From assembly GCA_030324005.1 (NCBI GenBank), contig JARDVH010000031.1, forward strand, positions 59,843,147-59,907,146: DNA of 64,000 bases. Reading direction: 5' to 3'. The notes below the pieces were generated by a model. It did not search any database and was not told the DNA's origin. It saw nothing but the letters and a program-made list of their open reading frames with translations. The stretch's first letter is position 1; every line of letters begins with the position of its first letter. Positions 62,054-64,000 of this stretch are shown one piece after another. Made by a program: the position numbers and the translations under genes. The stretch comes from Negaprion brevirostris. Lineage: Eukaryota.

Positions 62054-62400
62054 GGTCAGCGCGGTGGCACAGTGGTTAGCATTGCTGCTTCACAATGTTG
62101 AGGAGCCAGATTCAATTCCAGCCTTGGGTGATTGCCTGTGTGGAATTTGCATGTTTTCTCCGTGTCTGCATGGGCTTCCTCTGGGTGATCTGCTTTCTTC
62201 CATCAGTTCAAAGACGTGCAGGTTAGGTGGATTGGCTGTGCTAAATTGCAGCTCAATGTCCCAATTTGTGCAGGAGGATTAGCGGGGTAAATATGTAAGA
62301 TTACAGAATAGGGACTAGGTAGGATGGTCTGTCTGAGTCTGTGCAGACTTGATGGGTTGAATGGCCTCCTTCTGTACTGGAGAGATATTATGATTCTATG
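62054..62400 (+). mobile_element. HE1-like shark tRNA SINE inserted in the Harbinger remnant
   Basis: GCGGTGGCACAGTGGTTAGCATTGCTGC head; tail GGCCTCCTTCTGTACTG..TATGATTCTATG. Confidence 0.85.
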
Positions 62401-64000
62401 CTCCTGTAACAACCTCTTTGTTGAATCTGAGGTGCCTGAGAAGGTTCCTCGGTGAGACTGAGGTAGAAGTGCTTCTTCAGCTCCTTGGTTGGTACTGCTT
62501 TCTTCCTCGTTCACCTCCCTCTGAACAGAATTTGCTCTCTCCGGAGCTTTCACTCCAGTAGCCTGTGATGTTGCAGTCCCAGAACAACTGCAACTATAGC
62601 TCCCATACCAATCACAGACTATGAGCAAATGACTACATCTTCTGCCCTTTCTGTATGGATGCACCAACTCACCAGAGCAACCAACACTTCGCAGTACTTG
62701 CACAAACTTTTGAAAAACAGGAATGAAAAGCACTTCACCTACTTGTTGGAAGGCTGACTCTATTGGGAGAGTGTCCCTAGTGCAGCTGAACCCATGTCCA
62801 GCTGAGAATGATCAATCCAGGTGTTCATTTTACCTGCTCAGTCCAATCAACTGTGTGTCCAATCAGTAGAGAACACAGCTAATTTTTACAATTTGAGCAC
62901 TCCTGAAACATCTGGTGCATGCAAGGCACACCTGCACTAATGCCCCTCCAAGCATGGGACACTGCAAGGGCTACACCAAAAGTGGGTGGGAGTGCTGCAC
63001 CATTTTGTGAACTTGGGGCATCCATCACATTGGCACCAGTGGTGCTACAGATCCCAATTTAATGAGCACTGTAAAAATTTTTATTGAGTTTAAGTTGATT
63101 TGAAAATGGTGGGCTTGGCTAAAGTAAAATTACATTGTACTCAGTCACTAATCCCAAAAAGATCATGTACCTCCAGATAATAGATTACTTCCCATGTCAT
63201 AAATCACAGATCTAAAACTGGTGAAATGCTTAAAAAATCATTTTAATATTATAATAAAACAAATATTGGATGCAGTTTTAGCTATAATTGGTTGTGTGGC
63301 TGACAATAGCCTTCATTTACAGTCAATATTTGAGTATTAGTCCCACACCTCATTTTGTTTACTGCAACCTTAGTGAATCTCACTGGGACAATGCAGGCGG
63401 CAATCAATTAAACCTGAACCACAACAGGTTGGGGCGAAATAATTAGTCAGGTACCTTTTATTAAATCAATGTAAACTTTCAAGATTGTAAAGATATGAAA
63501 CAGCATTTTAATTAGTTTAAATATTTATCAATTAAATAATTTCAAGCAAATTATAATCAAAAGGTTAATAGCCAGGGCTTGCCTGATTCATTAATACAGT
63601 TTTTACATGAACTCAATTAAACAATAATGCAGTTAATACTAAAAGTATTAGACACTAGAAAAGCAGAGGACTACTTCTAGTGATAATAATTCAATTTTCA
63701 GGAAATTCTAGTTAAGCCTAGCCTAAAATGTATGAAATAAACATTGATTTTCACAGAAGCATGGGGGGATTATTAATGTTAGACTACTCAGATTTAGTTT
63801 TCATTTGTAAGACAAGCTGAAACTGGAAGAACAAGATTTTAAACACTCTATCATATTTTGTAAGATCATTTTAAAAGACAAGGATTAAGATGAAGCATTT
63901 TGTTCAGACTTGTTATAGACTGAAACCATCAAATGTTATCTTACATATTTATATTAACCAGCATTATATGAAAAGATTATCTCCATATAAATGCACACAT

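Larger units (their letters stand above)
59192..63083. mobile_element. Decayed Harbinger DNA transposon with convergent Myb/SANT and transposase gene remnants
   Basis: Myb-like exons on + and a HARBI-type transposase motif on - (see the two entries below); possible degenerate TIRs GGGCTAAAAATTT (59193) and AAATTTTTA (~63075-63083); boundaries approximate. Confidence 0.6.

Overview
Eukaryotic genomic DNA, very likely from a shark or other elasmobranch (inferred from HE1-type and Deu-domain SINEs, CR1 LINEs, Penelope and Harbinger remnants). It is a draft assembly with many N gaps. The only intact protein-coding gene is a two-exon engrailed homeobox gene on the + strand, best matching EN1. Exon 1 is visible from 28467 to 28740, with the start codon probably hidden in the 28074-28466 gap. 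A phase-1 GT-AG intron spans 28741-31477, and exon 2 runs 31478-31797. The gene lies in an almost transposon-free block of about 31 kb (~19-50.6 kb) whose central ~24 kb retains CpG, and which carries a CCAAT/CRE/E-box/ETS promoter, candidate CTCF sites and PBX/MEIS/homeodomain motif clusters. Both flanks (1-19 kb, 50.6-63 kb) are nested transposon graveyards. The most notable items are a minimal Penelope-type hammerhead ribozyme with an intact core (58655-58690, - strand), a decayed env/fusion-protein-like ORF (~18.1-18.8 kb, tentative), a two-gene Harbinger fossil and multi-level TE nesting. I found no well-supported new biological system. Repeat-family names come from my recognition of motifs, not from database searches, and TE boundaries are approximate.
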